Positions 35,969-47,409 of a stretch of DNA of 54,746 nt are shown here, piece after piece. The notes under the pieces are model-generated. The model did no database searches, was not told the origin of the DNA, and worked only from the letters and a program-made list of their open reading frames with translations. This stretch comes from Fluviicola sp. (lineage in GTDB: Bacteria > Bacteroidota > Bacteroidia > Flavobacteriales_D > Crocinitomicaceae), in contig JBKDZA010000277.1 in NCBI GenBank assembly GCA_046308455.1, positions 1-54,746 on the forward strand. Direction: 5' to 3'. How positions within the stretch are numbered: position 1 is the stretch's first letter; every line of letters starts with the position of its first letter. Both the position numbers and the translations under genes were made by a program.

Positions 35969-36595
35969 TTAGTTTAGAATCTTTTCGATTACTTCAATTG
36001 AACTTTCAGTTAGAACTACTTTTTTCGCGTTCAATACATCATATGTATTTACTGAATCAGCAGAAACAACTTTCACACGTTGTAAGTTACGAGACGACAA
36101 ATAAACATTGTCATTTCCAGCACCTACGATCATCAACACCTTGTCATTTGCTAAGTTCAAACTTGCTAATACAGCTTTAAATTCTGCTGTTTTTGGTGTT
36201 GCAAGAGCCATATCTTCAACTACTACGATTGAATCCATTTTCGCTTTGTAAGCGAATGCTGATTTACGAGCTAAACGTTTTAATTTAACGTTTAATTTGA
36301 AGCTATAGTTACGAGGACGTGGACCGAAAATACGACCACCACCTACACGAGTACCAGATTTAACGCTACCTGCGCGTGCTCCTCCTGTACCTTTTTGTTT
36401 TTTCAACTTTCTAGTTGACCCAGAAACTTCAGCGCGCTCTTTAGATTTGTGCGTTCCTTGACGACGATTCGCTAAGTGTTGCTTTACATCTAAATAGATT
36501 GCGTGATCATTTGGTTCAATTCCAAAGATTGTTTCCGACAAGGTTACTTTTTTGGAAGTAGCCTTTCCTTTGCTATCAATTACTTTTACTTCCAT
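35969..36595 (-). CDS. rplD: 50S ribosomal protein L4
   Basis: RQGTHKSKERAEV, QKGTGGARAG. Confidence 0.99.
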   Translation of the reverse strand: MEVKVIDSKGKATSKKVTLSETIFGIEPNDHAIYLDVKQHLANRRQGTHKSKERAEVSGSTRKLKKQKGTGGARAGSVKSGTRVGGGRIFGPRPRNYSFKLNVKLKRLARKSAFAYKAKMDSIVVVEDMALATPKTAEFKAVLASLNLANDKVLMIVGAGNDNVYLSSRNLQRVKVVSADSVNTYDVLNAKKVVLTESSIEVIEKILN

Positions 36596-37209
36596 TATTT
36601 CGCGATTGTTACGGTTGAACCTTTAGGTCCTGGGATAGAACCTTTAACTACGATTATGTTCTTGTCAGACAAGATACGCAATACCTCTAAGTTTTCTACA
36701 GTTACACGTTTGTTCCCCATTTGTCCAGCCATGCGCATTCCTTTGAATACACGAGCAGGGTAAGAACACGCTCCGATTGAACCCGGTGCACGTAAACGAT
36801 TGTGTTGTCCATGTGTTGATTGTCCAACCCCACCAAAATTGTGGCGTTTTACAACCCCTTGGAAACCTTTTCCTTTTGAAGTTCCTGCGATACCAACGTA
36901 TTCACCTTCCTCGAAGATGTTTACATCTACTACATCACCAAGATTAAGTCCGTCAAAACCTTTGAACTCAACCAATTTTGATTTTGGAGTTGTGTTCGCT
37001 TTTTTGAAGTGACCTTTCAATGCAGACGGAGTGTTTTTTTCTTTACGCTCTCCGAATCCTAATTGAATAGCCTCGTACCCATCTCGATCTTGCGTTTTAA
37101 CTTGCGTTACTACACAAGGACCAGCTTCTATCACTGTGCATGGTGTTGCCTTACCCTCGACACTATAGATACTAGTCATTCCGATTTTTCTACCAATAAT
37201 TCCCGGCAT
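36595..37209 (-). CDS. rplC: 50S ribosomal protein L3
   Basis: [27 protein letters not shown]. Confidence 0.99.
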   Translation of the reverse strand: MPGIIGRKIGMTSIYSVEGKATPCTVIEAGPCVVTQVKTQDRDGYEAIQLGFGERKEKNTPSALKGHFKKANTTPKSKLVEFKGFDGLNLGDVVDVNIFEEGEYVGIAGTSKGKGFQGVVKRHNFGGVGQSTHGQHNRLRAPGSIGACSYPARVFKGMRMAGQMGNKRVTVENLEVLRILSDKNIIVVKGSIPGPKGSTVTIAK

Positions 37210-37295
37210 ACTTTTCTAATTACTAATTATTATTAATTATTAAAGTGATAATTGAGTTTGTAGGGCTGTAAGAATACAACCCTACAACTCAATTA

Positions 37296-37601
37296 TCATA
37301 CTTTAATTTCTACGTCTACCCCTGAAGGTAACTCTAATCTCATTAATGCATCAACAGTTTTTGAAGAAGAACTGTAGATATCCAACAAACGTTTGTATGA
37401 ACATAATTCGAACTGCTCACGCGCTTTTTTGTTAACGTGTGGAGAACGTAATACTGTGTAAATACGTTTGTGCGTTGGAAGTGGAATTGGTCCACTTACT
37501 ACTGCTCCTGTTGCTTTAACCGTTTTAACGATTTTCTCAGCCGATTTGTCAACCAAGTTATGATCGTACGACTTTAATTTAATTCTAATTTTTTGGCTCA
37601 T
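37296..37601 (-). CDS. rpsJ: 30S ribosomal protein S10
   Basis: [24 protein letters not shown]. Confidence 0.99.
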   Translation of the reverse strand: MSQKIRIKLKSYDHNLVDKSAEKIVKTVKATGAVVSGPIPLPTHKRIYTVLRSPHVNKKAREQFELCSYKRLLDIYSSSSKTVDALMRLELPSGVDVEIKV

Positions 37602-37613
37602 TACTCGTTTGTA

Positions 37614-39719
37614 TTAAGCGGAAGTTTTTCCATTCATTTTTGAAATCACATCATCTGCAACGTTTTTAGGAGCCTCTGAATAATGAGAGAATTCCATGGA
37701 AGATGTTGCACGACCAGAAGATAATGTACGTAATTGTGTTACATATCCGAACATTTCAGATAAAGGAACGTCAGCTTTAATTACTTTCGATCCATTTTTA
37801 TCATCCATTCCACGAACAACAGCGCGACGACGGTTTAAGTCACCTACGATATCACCCATGTTTTCTTCTGGAGTAACTACTTCAATTTTCATAATTGGTT
37901 CCAACAATTGTGGACGACAATTTTTCAATGCAGCACGGTAAGCCATTTTCGCAGCTAACTCGAAAGACAAAGAATCTGAATCGACAGCGTGGAAAGATCC
38001 ATCAATCAATTCTACTTTCATTGCTTCGATAGGGAAACCAGCAAGAACTCCATTTTTCATAGACTCTTTGAATCCTTTTTCAACTGAAGGGATAAATTCA
38101 CGAGGAATGTTACCACCTTTAATTGAGTTAACGAACTCTAAACCTGATTTAGTTCCATCCTCTTGTGGAGAAATTTTAACTACGATATCTGCGAATTTAC
38201 CACGACCACCTGATTGTTTTTTGTAAACTTCACGGTGATCAACTGCAGCGCTGATGTTCTCACGGTAAGACACTTGAGGTGCACCTTGATTAACTTCAAC
38301 TTTAAACTCACGTCTTAAACGGTCAACGATAATTTCCAAGTGTAACTCACCCATACCAGAGATAACTGTTTGACCAGTCTCTTCGTCAGTGTTTACACGG
38401 AAAGTTGGATCTTCTTCCGCCAATTTATTCAATCCGATACCTAATTTATCTTGGTCAGCTTGAGTTTTAGGCTCAATTGCAACCCCGATAACTGGCTCTG
38501 GGAAATTCATAGATTCTAATACGATTGGTGCATTTTCAGCACACAAAGTATCACCTGTACGAATATCTTTAAATCCTACTAACGCAGCGATATCACCAGC
38601 ACCTAATTCATCGATTTGGTTTTGTTTATTCGCGTGCATTTGGAAGATACGAGAAATACGCTCTTTGTTGTTTGTACGTGTATTCAATACGTAAGAACCA
38701 GCAGGTAATTTACCAGAATAAGCTCGTGTAAAACACAAACGACCTACGAAAGGATCCGTTGCAATTTTAAATGCTAATGCAGCAAACGGCTCATCGAAAG
38801 ACGGTTGACGAGTAATTTCCTCATCCGTTTTAGGATTTGTACCTGTAATTCCTTCGATATCTAATGGAGATGGTAAAATTTCCATAACCATATCCAACAT
38901 TGCTTGAACTCCTTTGTTTTTGAAAGAAGAACCACACATCATTGGAACAACTTTTCCTGAGATAGTTGCTTGACGTAATGCATCTAAGATTTCACGCTCA
39001 GTTAATGAGTTCTCATCTTCGAAGAATTTCTCCATTAAAGACTCATCAAATTCAGCAACTGCTTCTAATAATTCAGAACGCAATTGACGCGCTTCTTCAA
39101 TAATATCAGCTGGAATTTCAACTTCTTGGAAAGTCATTCCCATGTCAGAATCATTCCAAACGATACCTTTCCAGTTAATTAAGTCAACAACTCCTTTGAA
39201 GTTATCTTCGTCACCGATATTGATTTGTAAAGGCAATGCGTGAGAGCCTAACATTTCTTTTACTTGACGACAAACATTTAAGAAATCTGCACCTTGACGG
39301 TCCATTTTGTTAACGAATCCAATACGAGGAACGTTGTAATTGTTAGCTAATCTCCAGTTTGTTTCAGATTGAGGCTCAACACCATCAACAGCTGAAAATA
39401 AGAAAACCAAACCATCTAATACACGTAACGAACGATTCACCTCAACTGTAAAGTCAACGTGTCCTGGAGTATCGATAATATTGATATGGTATTTTTGACC
39501 ACGGTAGTTCCAATTTACTGTTGTTGCAGCAGAAGTAATCGTGATACCACGTTCTTGCTCTTGCTCCATCCAGTCCATTGTTGCACCACCATCGTGTACT
39601 TCACCAATTTTATGGTTTACACCTGAGTAGTACAAAATACGCTCAGTTGTAGTTGTTTTACCAGCATCGATGTGTGCAGCGATACCAATATTTCTTGTGA
39701 ATTTAAGATCTCTTGCCAT
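37614..39719 (-). CDS. fusA: Elongation factor G
   Basis: [30 protein letters not shown]. Confidence 0.99.
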   Translation of the reverse strand: MARDLKFTRNIGIAAHIDAGKTTTTERILYYSGVNHKIGEVHDGGATMDWMEQEQERGITITSAATTVNWNYRGQKYHINIIDTPGHVDFTVEVNRSLRVLDGLVFLFSAVDGVEPQSETNWRLANNYNVPRIGFVNKMDRQGADFLNVCRQVKEMLGSHALPLQINIGDEDNFKGVVDLINWKGIVWNDSDMGMTFQEVEIPADIIEEARQLRSELLEAVAEFDESLMEKFFEDENSLTEREILDALRQATISGKVVPMMCGSSFKNKGVQAMLDMVMEILPSPLDIEGITGTNPKTDEEITRQPSFDEPFAALAFKIATDPFVGRLCFTRAYSGKLPAGSYVLNTRTNNKERISRIFQMHANKQNQIDELGAGDIAALVGFKDIRTGDTLCAENAPIVLESMNFPEPVIGVAIEPKTQADQDKLGIGLNKLAEEDPTFRVNTDEETGQTVISGMGELHLEIIVDRLRREFKVEVNQGAPQVSYRENISAAVDHREVYKKQSGGRGKFADIVVKISPQEDGTKSGLEFVNSIKGGNIPREFIPSVEKGFKESMKNGVLAGFPIEAMKVELIDGSFHAVDSDSLSFELAAKMAYRAALKNCRPQLLEPIMKIEVVTPEENMGDIVGDLNRRRAVVRGMDDKNGSKVIKADVPLSEMFGYVTQLRTLSSGRATSSMEFSHYSEAPKNVADDVISKMNGKTSA

Positions 39720-39722
39720 GTT

Positions 39723-40193
39723 TTAGAATCTAAAATGTGAGAACGCTTTGTTTGCTTCAGCCATACGTAAAGTATCTTCTTTTTTCTTGAAAGCAGCACC
39801 CTCTTCTTTCGAAGCAGCGATAATTTCAGAAGCAAGTTTACCTGCCATTGACTTTTCATTACGTTTACGAGCGTAACCAATTAACCATTTCATAGCTAAT
39901 GATTGTTTACGTCCTTCACGAACAGGAGTTGGGATTTGGAAAGTTGCTCCACCAACACGACGAGAACGAACCTCAACTGATGGAGTTACGTTATCTAATG
40001 CTTTTTTGAACACTTCTAATCCTTCTGTGTCTTCAATTTTTTTGTCTACGATTTCAATCGCATCATAGAAAATTTTAAACGCCAAATTCTTCTTACCAGA
40101 ATACATTAAGTTGTTAACGAATTTTGTTACTACAACCTCATTAAACTTTGGATCTGGGAGTATGGCTATTTTCTTGGCTTTTCTTCTTCTCAT
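39723..40193 (-). CDS. rpsG: 30S ribosomal protein S7
   Basis: [24 protein letters not shown]. Confidence 0.99.
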   Translation of the reverse strand: MRRRKAKKIAILPDPKFNEVVVTKFVNNLMYSGKKNLAFKIFYDAIEIVDKKIEDTEGLEVFKKALDNVTPSVEVRSRRVGGATFQIPTPVREGRKQSLAMKWLIGYARKRNEKSMAGKLASEIIAASKEEGAAFKKKEDTLRMAEANKAFSHFRF

Positions 40194-40207
40194 CTCTTAA
40201 AGTTTAA

Positions 40208-40588
40208 TTATTTCTTAGCTTTTGGACGTTTCGTTCCATACTTAGAACGTCTTTGTGAACGGCCTTCAACACCAGCAGTATCTTCCGCACCACGAACGAT
40301 GTGGTAACGAACCCCTGGTAAATCTTTAACCCTTCCACCTCTTACTAACACTAAAGAGTGTTCTTGTAAATTGTGACCTTCTCCACCGATATAGGCATTA
40401 ACCTCTTTACCGTTGGTAAGTCGAACACGCGCTACTTTACGCATCGCTGAATTCGGCTTCTTAGGTGTAGTGGTGTACACACGTACACATACTCCTTTGC
40501 GCTGCGGACAAGAATCTAAAGCCGCTGACTTTGATTTCTTTACAACCGCAGTCCTTCCCTTTCGCACTAACTGTTGGATAGTTGGCAT
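40208..40588 (-). CDS. rpsL: 30S ribosomal protein S12
   Basis: [28 protein letters not shown]. Confidence 0.99.
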   Translation of the reverse strand: MPTIQQLVRKGRTAVVKKSKSAALDSCPQRKGVCVRVYTTTPKKPNSAMRKVARVRLTNGKEVNAYIGGEGHNLQEHSLVLVRGGRVKDLPGVRYHIVRGAEDTAGVEGRSQRRSKYGTKRPKAKK

Positions 40589-40650
40589 ACAGTACTCAAA
40601 TTTTGTTTGTTAATAAATATTGCTCTCCTCAAAACGCACTTTGAGGGGTG

Positions 40651-40681
40651 CAAAGATACGAACTTTTTCATAGGAAGCAAA
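40651..40681 (-). promoter_or_regulatory. str-operon promoter
   Basis: Minus strand TTTG (40681-40678)-N19-TATCTTTG (40658-40651); leader hairpin at 40625-40648. Confidence 0.75.
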
Positions 40682-40861
40682 TGTTTTGTGAAAAAAGTGC
40701 TGTTTTTGAACATTTTAGTGTTACTAACTAAACTATTGATTCCTTTTTTCAAAAACGAAACTTTTATTGGAAATTCATTTAAAAAGAAAATCCGATACCC
40801 ATTTTGGGGTATTTTTTTTGTCTTTATTCGCTCATAGATTTGCTGAACTAAATATTATACT

Positions 40862-42159
40862 ATGAAAAATTTAAAAACATTTTCGTTAACTTTTCTGTGC
40901 ATCATTGCTATAACTATTAATTATGCACAGACAACTTTTAAACTCCCAATCCCTTCTCAAACTGAAGCACTAGCTAAAGTCAAAAGTTCAGAATCTTTAA
41001 AAGAACGACTTAGTGAAATTGGCTTAACTCAAGCTGACATACAAATCAGTTTAAAAGAACATGAAGCATACATCCCACAATCCGATGAAATCTGTTATCA
41101 AATTTATCGAGACAGCAAGAAAATTGAGGGCTCAAACTATATATATATGTATATTCAATAACTACTAAACCAAATAAGTTTGGGGAAAAATTCACTTCAT
41201 TAGCTTATGTTTATTATACACGAATTGATATCACCAAAACGACTTGTAATATTAAAAATCAGTGGGAATTTGAATACGCAGGAGTTGATGCATTCAAAAA
41301 CAATTCAACGAATGGCTTAATCAGTATAAAAGATGCTGAAAATGCAATTTGGGATACTATTAAAAAAGGTTATTCATTAGACACATACCATTCATCTTCT
41401 AAAGATTTAAATGATATTTATTCTCACGTATTTGAAACATGTCGAATAGATGAACTAAAAACATGTGAATTTGGAAAATCAGGATGTTCAAGTTATTATC
41501 AAGTGAAGAATGAAATGTGGGAACAAACACACATCATTTGTTTTGAAACAACAATCTATCGAGGGGAGTATGAAACCGGAGCTTCTCTTTACGGGTCGAT
41601 GTATCGTGTGTTGAAATATAAAAGTTTGATTTACTGTGAATTTAAACGTGTAAATGGAAAAGTTAAAATGACATCAATTTCCGTTGATGATAAAGATAAT
41701 ACTGTAGAAGTAGTTGAAAGCGATATTCAATATAGACCTCTAGATATTTATTATGTTCCTATTTCAAAAACAACAATTGATGAAATCAAAATGAACTTCA
41801 AAATTGGTTCTCCTGAAAAGCTTTCTATTTTAAATTACGTTTCTTCATTCAAAGGAATGGCTGCAGATTTAGAAGCAAATATTGGAAAAGACTATGCTAA
41901 AAATCTTGAAGTTCTTAAAAAATACATGGTAGAATCTGCTGCTGAGAAATCAGCTCTGGAATTCACTAATAAATATACTGATGGCTACAAATATTCTAAT
42001 TGGTCAGAAATATTAGTTGATGATAATTTTGGAATTGTTTTAATGTGTGAAAAAAGACTCAAGAAAAACGCTCCAATTGAATTAAAAACAAATATCCATT
42101 TCTTACAAGTAGAACTTATAAACGGCAAGTATTATTTAAAATATGAATTAAACTTGTAA
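40862..42159 (+). pseudogene. Frameshifted (possibly phase-variable) gene for a ~431-aa secreted protein
   Basis: Signal-peptide ORF 40862-41161. The second frame is stop-free from 41128 to 42159 and the overlap contains (TA)5T at 41138-41148. Removing one TA joins the two frames. Confidence 0.75.
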
Positions 42160-42187
42160 AGAAGTTCTATTTCACTATAAGAAAATC

Positions 42188-42226
42188 AAACTGGAAAAAA
42201 ATCTTAAATTTTTCCAGTTTTTTTTT
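42188..42226 (+). terminator. Intrinsic terminator between converging genes
   Basis: AAACTGGAAAAA...TTTTTCCAGTTT plus T-run. Confidence 0.75.
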
Positions 42227-42231
42227 GTTTT

Positions 42232-43296
42232 TTAAACTTGATAGCAAATCGCATTGATGTTCATTCCAGCGCCAACTGATGCGAAAAGAATAATATCCCC
42301 TGAATTTACATTAAAACCTTCCATCTCACCTTTTAAAACCATTGAATAAAGCGTAGGAATCGTTGCAACTGAACTATTTCCTAGTTTCTGAATGTTCATC
42401 GGCATCAAATCATTTGGGATTTCAGTCATCTCATACAATTTATACAATTCACGTACAATTGCTTCATCTAACTTTTCATTTGCTTGATGAATAAATATTT
42501 TTTTTACATCAGATAAATGTAAGCCTGCTTTATCGATACATTCTTTCATTGCATTAGGGACATTCTTTATCGCATATTCGTAGACTTTTCGTCCTTTCAT
42601 TTTAATAAATCGAATGCGCGGGTCAGATTCAGGGTAATTTGATTTTCCTAAATGCAAATAATCCAATTCATCCAAACAATGACTTTGCATACTAAACGAC
42701 AAAATCTTTCCATTTTCGGTGCTTGATTCTTCTAAAATAGTTGCCCCAGCACCATCTGCGAAGATCATACTATCTCGATCGTTCACATCCAATACGCGAC
42801 TCAAGGATTCTGCTCCAATAACTAGACATTTTTTTGCCATTCCAGATTGAATATACGCATGTGCTTGAATCATTCCTTGAACCCATCCTGGACATCCAAA
42901 CAAAATGTCATAAGCTATACAATTTGGATTTTTGATTCCCAATTTATGTTTTACTCGAGAAGCTACTGCTGGAACTGCATCCGTTTGAATCGTGTGTTTT
43001 ACGACATCTCCAAAATTGTGTGCAACAATAATTTGATCAATTGTTTCGCGATCGCAGTTTGAATCTAAGATTGCTTGTTCTGCTGCATAAGCTGCCATAT
43101 CGGAACACTGCATGTCTGCAGAAACATACCTTCGTTCTTGAATACCTGTTATGGATTCAAATTTTTTTGCGATTAATTCTGGGGACAATTCAATTTTATG
43201 TTGGTTTTCATCATAGAACTGATGCAACATGAAATCACTGTTTGTTTTAATGATTGTGGGAATATAACACCCAACTCCTGTAATTTTACTGTTCAT
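42232..43296 (-). CDS. fabH: 3-oxoacyl-ACP synthase III (FabH family)
   Basis: Cys-His-Asn triad: FGCPGW, HQAN, GNSS; ASVGAG. Confidence 0.9.
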   Translation of the reverse strand: MNSKITGVGCYIPTIIKTNSDFMLHQFYDENQHKIELSPELIAKKFESITGIQERRYVSADMQCSDMAAYAAEQAILDSNCDRETIDQIIVAHNFGDVVKHTIQTDAVPAVASRVKHKLGIKNPNCIAYDILFGCPGWVQGMIQAHAYIQSGMAKKCLVIGAESLSRVLDVNDRDSMIFADGAGATILEESSTENGKILSFSMQSHCLDELDYLHLGKSNYPESDPRIRFIKMKGRKVYEYAIKNVPNAMKECIDKAGLHLSDVKKIFIHQANEKLDEAIVRELYKLYEMTEIPNDLMPMNIQKLGNSSVATIPTLYSMVLKGEMEGFNVNSGDIILFASVGAGMNINAICYQV

Positions 43297-43423
43297 TTTT
43301 TCTTGTGTTTGTAATCACTACTTCACAAGAATAAAGGGCTGTTTTTCGATTGATTTAGGTTTCGACTTGCGGGTGTAAAGATAGTTAAACAAGAATTAAT
43401 AATCCAATTTTATAAAAATATTC

Positions 43424-43858
43424 TTAAACCCGATGTGTATCTGATTTCCAGTTTTTAATCAAACTTTTAATTTGATCTCGTGTTAAATTTTCGGCTACTG
43501 CTTTCTCTGTCAATTCAATCAATTCTTCATCTGAAGCGAAACGCAAAGCAATAATTTGACCTAAACGCAAATTTGGATTGATTGCTTTACCAGTTAAAAT
43601 AAAATGGCGCAGACTTTCCTCAGCACGAATTGCTCGGTCTTGGGCTTTTAATGCAAAAACTCTAGCTAAAAAACTTGAGATTAATAAACAAATGGATAAA
43701 GCTAAATTAATAATGTATGGAAAAGCTTCTTCCCCGTTGCTCGGTTTAACCAATAATTCAAATGTGAAAAATACAATTATCACTAATAAAATTGGTAGTA
43801 GTACAAAATGAAAGGGAGGAAACAACCTTCTGTGATTTGATTTGTTTTGAGTTGTCAT
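43424..43858 (-). CDS. DUF6526-like small membrane protein
   Basis: QN..NH.R..P.FHFV, QDRAIRAEE.LR, QIIALRFASDEE, IKNWK.D..RV. Confidence 0.75.
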   Translation of the reverse strand: MTTQNKSNHRRLFPPFHFVLLPILLVIIVFFTFELLVKPSNGEEAFPYIINLALSICLLISSFLARVFALKAQDRAIRAEESLRHFILTGKAINPNLRLGQIIALRFASDEELIELTEKAVAENLTRDQIKSLIKNWKSDTHRV

Positions 43859-43915
43859 AATTTATTTGTGTTACAGTTAGTGAAGAGTAGAAAATCCTTT
43901 AAAGCAATCGCTAAT

Positions 43916-44830
43916 TTATCCTGGAATTTTTAAAATTTGACCAGCACGAATCATATCTGTTCGCAATCCATTCGCTTGCTTTATTTTTGCTGGAGTAGTA
44001 TGAAACTTTTCTGCAATTTGAGAAAGTGTATCTCCAGATTTTACAGTATACTTTTTAAATGTACCAACTGGAACCGCTTTCTTTTTGGGTGGAATAGTCG
44101 TTGTTAATGCGATAGAATTCGCATTGTTTGTTTGAATTTCTGGTTTGTCATATTCAGCCAAAGTAATTGTGTTTCCAATTCTTGGATCATAATATTTATA
44201 AAAGTGCTGTTGAATATTGACGTATTTGCAAATTGTATCCAATCTATTTCCATCCCAATCGTAACATTGAATTACATTTTCATTAAACTCTAAAACCTTT
44301 ACAGGAATTTGCTGTTCATGAATTCGATGCATTTTAGGACATTGTTTTTTTACAGCTGGTAGTCCGCCTCCAGCAGAACCACGACTATCCACACTTACAT
44401 AACATCTTTCATCTTCGCTCGGTCCAACAACTGCAACCCAGAATACTGTTAATGTTTTTGGATCTATTTGGATGTATAATTTCTTCAAATCTGAATTGAA
44501 ACCTTTCATTCTAATTTCAGCGAGAGCAAAATTGATTTTCTCATTTAAATGTCCTCCGAATTTGTCCATTCTTCTTGTGTTGAATGAATGCAACGCATCG
44601 TAAACCCATGCTTGTCCCATTGCAGAATACGAATCACAAACTAATTCATCGTGCTCTCCCAATTGAATAGTATCCGTATTCAATAAAGTAAAAGGAGGAA
44701 CTTCAATGATTTTAATTTTTGGAATTGAATCTGGTATTGAATCAGATTTAGAAAAATCACTTTGCGCAGTTATAGCTCTACTGCAAAATAGCAGAATTAA
44801 AAAAAGAACTAATTTTGACTGAACACTCAC
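43916..44830 (-). CDS. Secreted protein with C-terminal LysM domain
   Basis: [13 protein letters not shown]...IKQANGL...[10 protein letters not shown]; signal peptide; TAACTTTG promoter element at 44878-44871. Confidence 0.85.
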   Translation of the reverse strand: MSVQSKLVLFLILLFCSRAITAQSDFSKSDSIPDSIPKIKIIEVPPFTLLNTDTIQLGEHDELVCDSYSAMGQAWVYDALHSFNTRRMDKFGGHLNEKINFALAEIRMKGFNSDLKKLYIQIDPKTLTVFWVAVVGPSEDERCYVSVDSRGSAGGGLPAVKKQCPKMHRIHEQQIPVKVLEFNENVIQCYDWDGNRLDTICKYVNIQQHFYKYYDPRIGNTITLAEYDKPEIQTNNANSIALTTTIPPKKKAVPVGTFKKYTVKSGDTLSQIAEKFHTTPAKIKQANGLRTDMIRAGQILKIPG

Positions 44831-45061
44831 TTTTTTAATTTGTTATATTTAGAATAAGATAAATTCCCTGCAAAGTTACTAATCAATGCTTTAATAAAAT
44901 CTATAAAAATGTTAAACCTTCAGAAAAATTATATTTAAACATTTAACTCTTACTACTATTTAACTCAAATCAAATTCCGAAAAACTAAAAAAAACAGATT
45001 ATTTTATCAACAAATTGCCTCATCATTTTTTATCAAAAACAATAAAACGTAACTTTGTTAG

Positions 45062-47371
45062 ATGGAATATCTAGATAGTCTAAACGAAAGTCAACGAGAA
45101 GCAGTTCTAAATTTTGAAGGTCCAACAATGGTTATTGCAGGAGCTGGTTCAGGAAAAACACGTGTACTTACAATGCGTATTGCATACATGATTGAAAAAG
45201 GAGTAGATCCTTTCAACATTATGGCTTTGACATTTACGAATAAAGCTGCACGTGAAATGACCGAGCGTATTTCCACTATCATAGGAACGAGTGAATCGAA
45301 AAACCTAACCATGGGAACGTTTCACTCTGTTTTTTCTAGAATTCTTCGTATCAATGCAAGCCGTTTAGGCTACCCACAAAATTTTACAATTTACGATACG
45401 CAAGACACAAAAAGTCTATTGAAAGACATTGTTAAGGAATTGGCTTTAGATGAAAAACTCTACAAACCTTCAATGGTTTACGGTCGCATTTCTGCAGCAA
45501 AAAACAATTTGATCTCTGCCGATGAATATCTAGAGAATGATGAAATCATGTCGGAAGATATTCAAGCACAACGACCAGAAATTGGACGGATTTACAAAGC
45601 ATATTCTATTCGTTGTTTCAAAGCTGGAGCAATGGATTTTGACGATTTATTGTACCAAACGAATGTGTTGTTGCGTGATCATTTAGATGTTTTATCGTAT
45701 TACCAAGGGAAATTCCGTTACATCTTAGTGGATGAGTACCAAGATACCAATTATGCGCAGTATTTGATAGTTAAAAAATTGGCTGCAGTTTATGAAAATG
45801 TATGCGTTGTTGGTGACGACGCACAATCGATTTATTCATTCCGTGGTGCAAACATTCAAAATATCTTGAATTTCAGAAACGATTATCCCGATTTTCGTTT
45901 GTTTAAATTGGAACAAAATTACCGCAGTACGCAAACAATTGTTGAAGCTGCGAACTCTGTTATTGCGAAAAATAAAGATCAAATTAAGAAAAGTGTTTGG
46001 ACGGATAATCCAACTGGAAATCCAATTCGCGTTTGCCGAGCACTAAATGAAAACGAAGAAGGACGTTTGGTTGCAAATCGAATCTTTGATATTCGACACA
46101 GTGAAACTTCTAAATGGAGTGATTTCGCTGTTTTATACCGAACAAATCGCCAATCACGTGCCTTAGAGGAAGCCTTACGAAAAATGAACATGCCCTATAA
46201 AATTTATGGCGGAATTTCATTTTACCAACGCAAGGAAATTAAAGATTTGATGGCTTATTTTCGTTTGACATTGAATCCTACGGATGAAGAAGCCTTGAAA
46301 CGCGTTTACAATTATCCAAAACGTGGAATTGGGAAAACAACGTGGGAAAACATTGTAATTGCTGCGAATCAATATGGAGCGACGCTTTGGGAAGTGATTT
46401 CTGATTTTCAGCGTTATCCAGTTCAAATTCAAGGTCCAGCAAAACAACTCTTTTCTGAATTCGTAACGATGATTCAAAGTTTCATCGCACAACGAGAAAG
46501 CTTAGGAGCATACGAATTATCACAACATATTGCTAAATCTTCAGGAATATTAAAAGAATTGTATTCTGATAAAGACAAAGGTCCTGAGGAAGTGGAACGC
46601 TATCAAAACATCGAAGAGTTACTTTCTGGTATCAAGGAATTCAGTATGCAAACGGAAGGACGTGATGAAGCACCTCGATTAGCAGAATACATGCAAGACA
46701 TTGCACTTTTGACAGATGTTGACCAAGAAACAGATGAAGATCGCAATAAAATCACTTTGATGACTATTCACTCGAGTAAAGGTTTGGAATTTCCTCATGT
46801 GTTTTTAGTTGGATTGGAAGAAAATTTATTCCCTTCACAGCTTTCTATTAATTCGCGAACAGAATTGGAAGAAGAGCGCCGATTATTTTATGTGGCCATC
46901 ACCCGAGCGGAACGTACCTGTCAAATTTCGTATGCTGCTGCCCGTTTTCAATGGGGAAATATTTTAAATTGTGAACCAAGTCGTTTTATTTCAGAGATTG
47001 ACGCGAGTTACTTGCAATTTGAGAATCCGTATGGAACGAATGCTGGAGGTGGAAGATCATTAAGTGGACGTGGAAGTTTTTCCCCGCAATTAAAAACGGG
47101 AGGATTGAACAAAATGATGGGAAGTCCGACATCAGCTGGAAGTCCTCAATTAAAAAGCATGAGTGATTTATCCAATAAACCAGGAAATCCAGATGCAGTA
47201 AATATTCAATTAAAAGTTGGATATGTTGTTGAACATGACCGATTTGGAAAAGGAAAAGTTACAGCTTTGGATGGCACTGGCGCTGACCGTAAAGCAACTA
47301 TCTTTTTCCCTGGAAGTGGTGCGAAAACAGTTTTATTGCGCTTCGCGAAGCTGACAGTTTTGGAAGAATAA
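45062..47371 (+). CDS. uvrD: UvrD/PcrA-family ATP-dependent DNA helicase
   Basis: AGAGSGKT, DEYQD, VGDDAQSIYSFRGA, LEQNYRST, TIHSSKGLEF, EERRLFYVAITRA. Confidence 0.95.
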   Translation: MEYLDSLNESQREAVLNFEGPTMVIAGAGSGKTRVLTMRIAYMIEKGVDPFNIMALTFTNKAAREMTERISTIIGTSESKNLTMGTFHSVFSRILRINASRLGYPQNFTIYDTQDTKSLLKDIVKELALDEKLYKPSMVYGRISAAKNNLISADEYLENDEIMSEDIQAQRPEIGRIYKAYSIRCFKAGAMDFDDLLYQTNVLLRDHLDVLSYYQGKFRYILVDEYQDTNYAQYLIVKKLAAVYENVCVVGDDAQSIYSFRGANIQNILNFRNDYPDFRLFKLEQNYRSTQTIVEAANSVIAKNKDQIKKSVWTDNPTGNPIRVCRALNENEEGRLVANRIFDIRHSETSKWSDFAVLYRTNRQSRALEEALRKMNMPYKIYGGISFYQRKEIKDLMAYFRLTLNPTDEEALKRVYNYPKRGIGKTTWENIVIAANQYGATLWEVISDFQRYPVQIQGPAKQLFSEFVTMIQSFIAQRESLGAYELSQHIAKSSGILKELYSDKDKGPEEVERYQNIEELLSGIKEFSMQTEGRDEAPRLAEYMQDIALLTDVDQETDEDRNKITLMTIHSSKGLEFPHVFLVGLEENLFPSQLSINSRTELEEERRLFYVAITRAERTCQISYAAARFQWGNILNCEPSRFISEIDASYLQFENPYGTNAGGGRSLSGRGSFSPQLKTGGLNKMMGSPTSAGSPQLKSMSDLSNKPGNPDAVNIQLKVGYVVEHDRFGKGKVTALDGTGADRKATIFFPGSGAKTVLLRFAKLTVLEE

Positions 47372-47377
47372 AATTCA

Positions 47378-47405
47378 AATTGAAAATTGAAAATGGAAAA
47401 TGGAA
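47378..47405 (+). repeat. Left arm of heptamer inverted repeat
   Basis: AATTGAA AATTGAA AATGGAA AATGGAA. Confidence 0.8.
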
Positions 47406-47409
47406 AAAG

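Noticed and set aside
26574-39719. Absence of tuf after fusA and of adk/map after secY
   Set aside because: This is the normal arrangement in Flavobacteriales.
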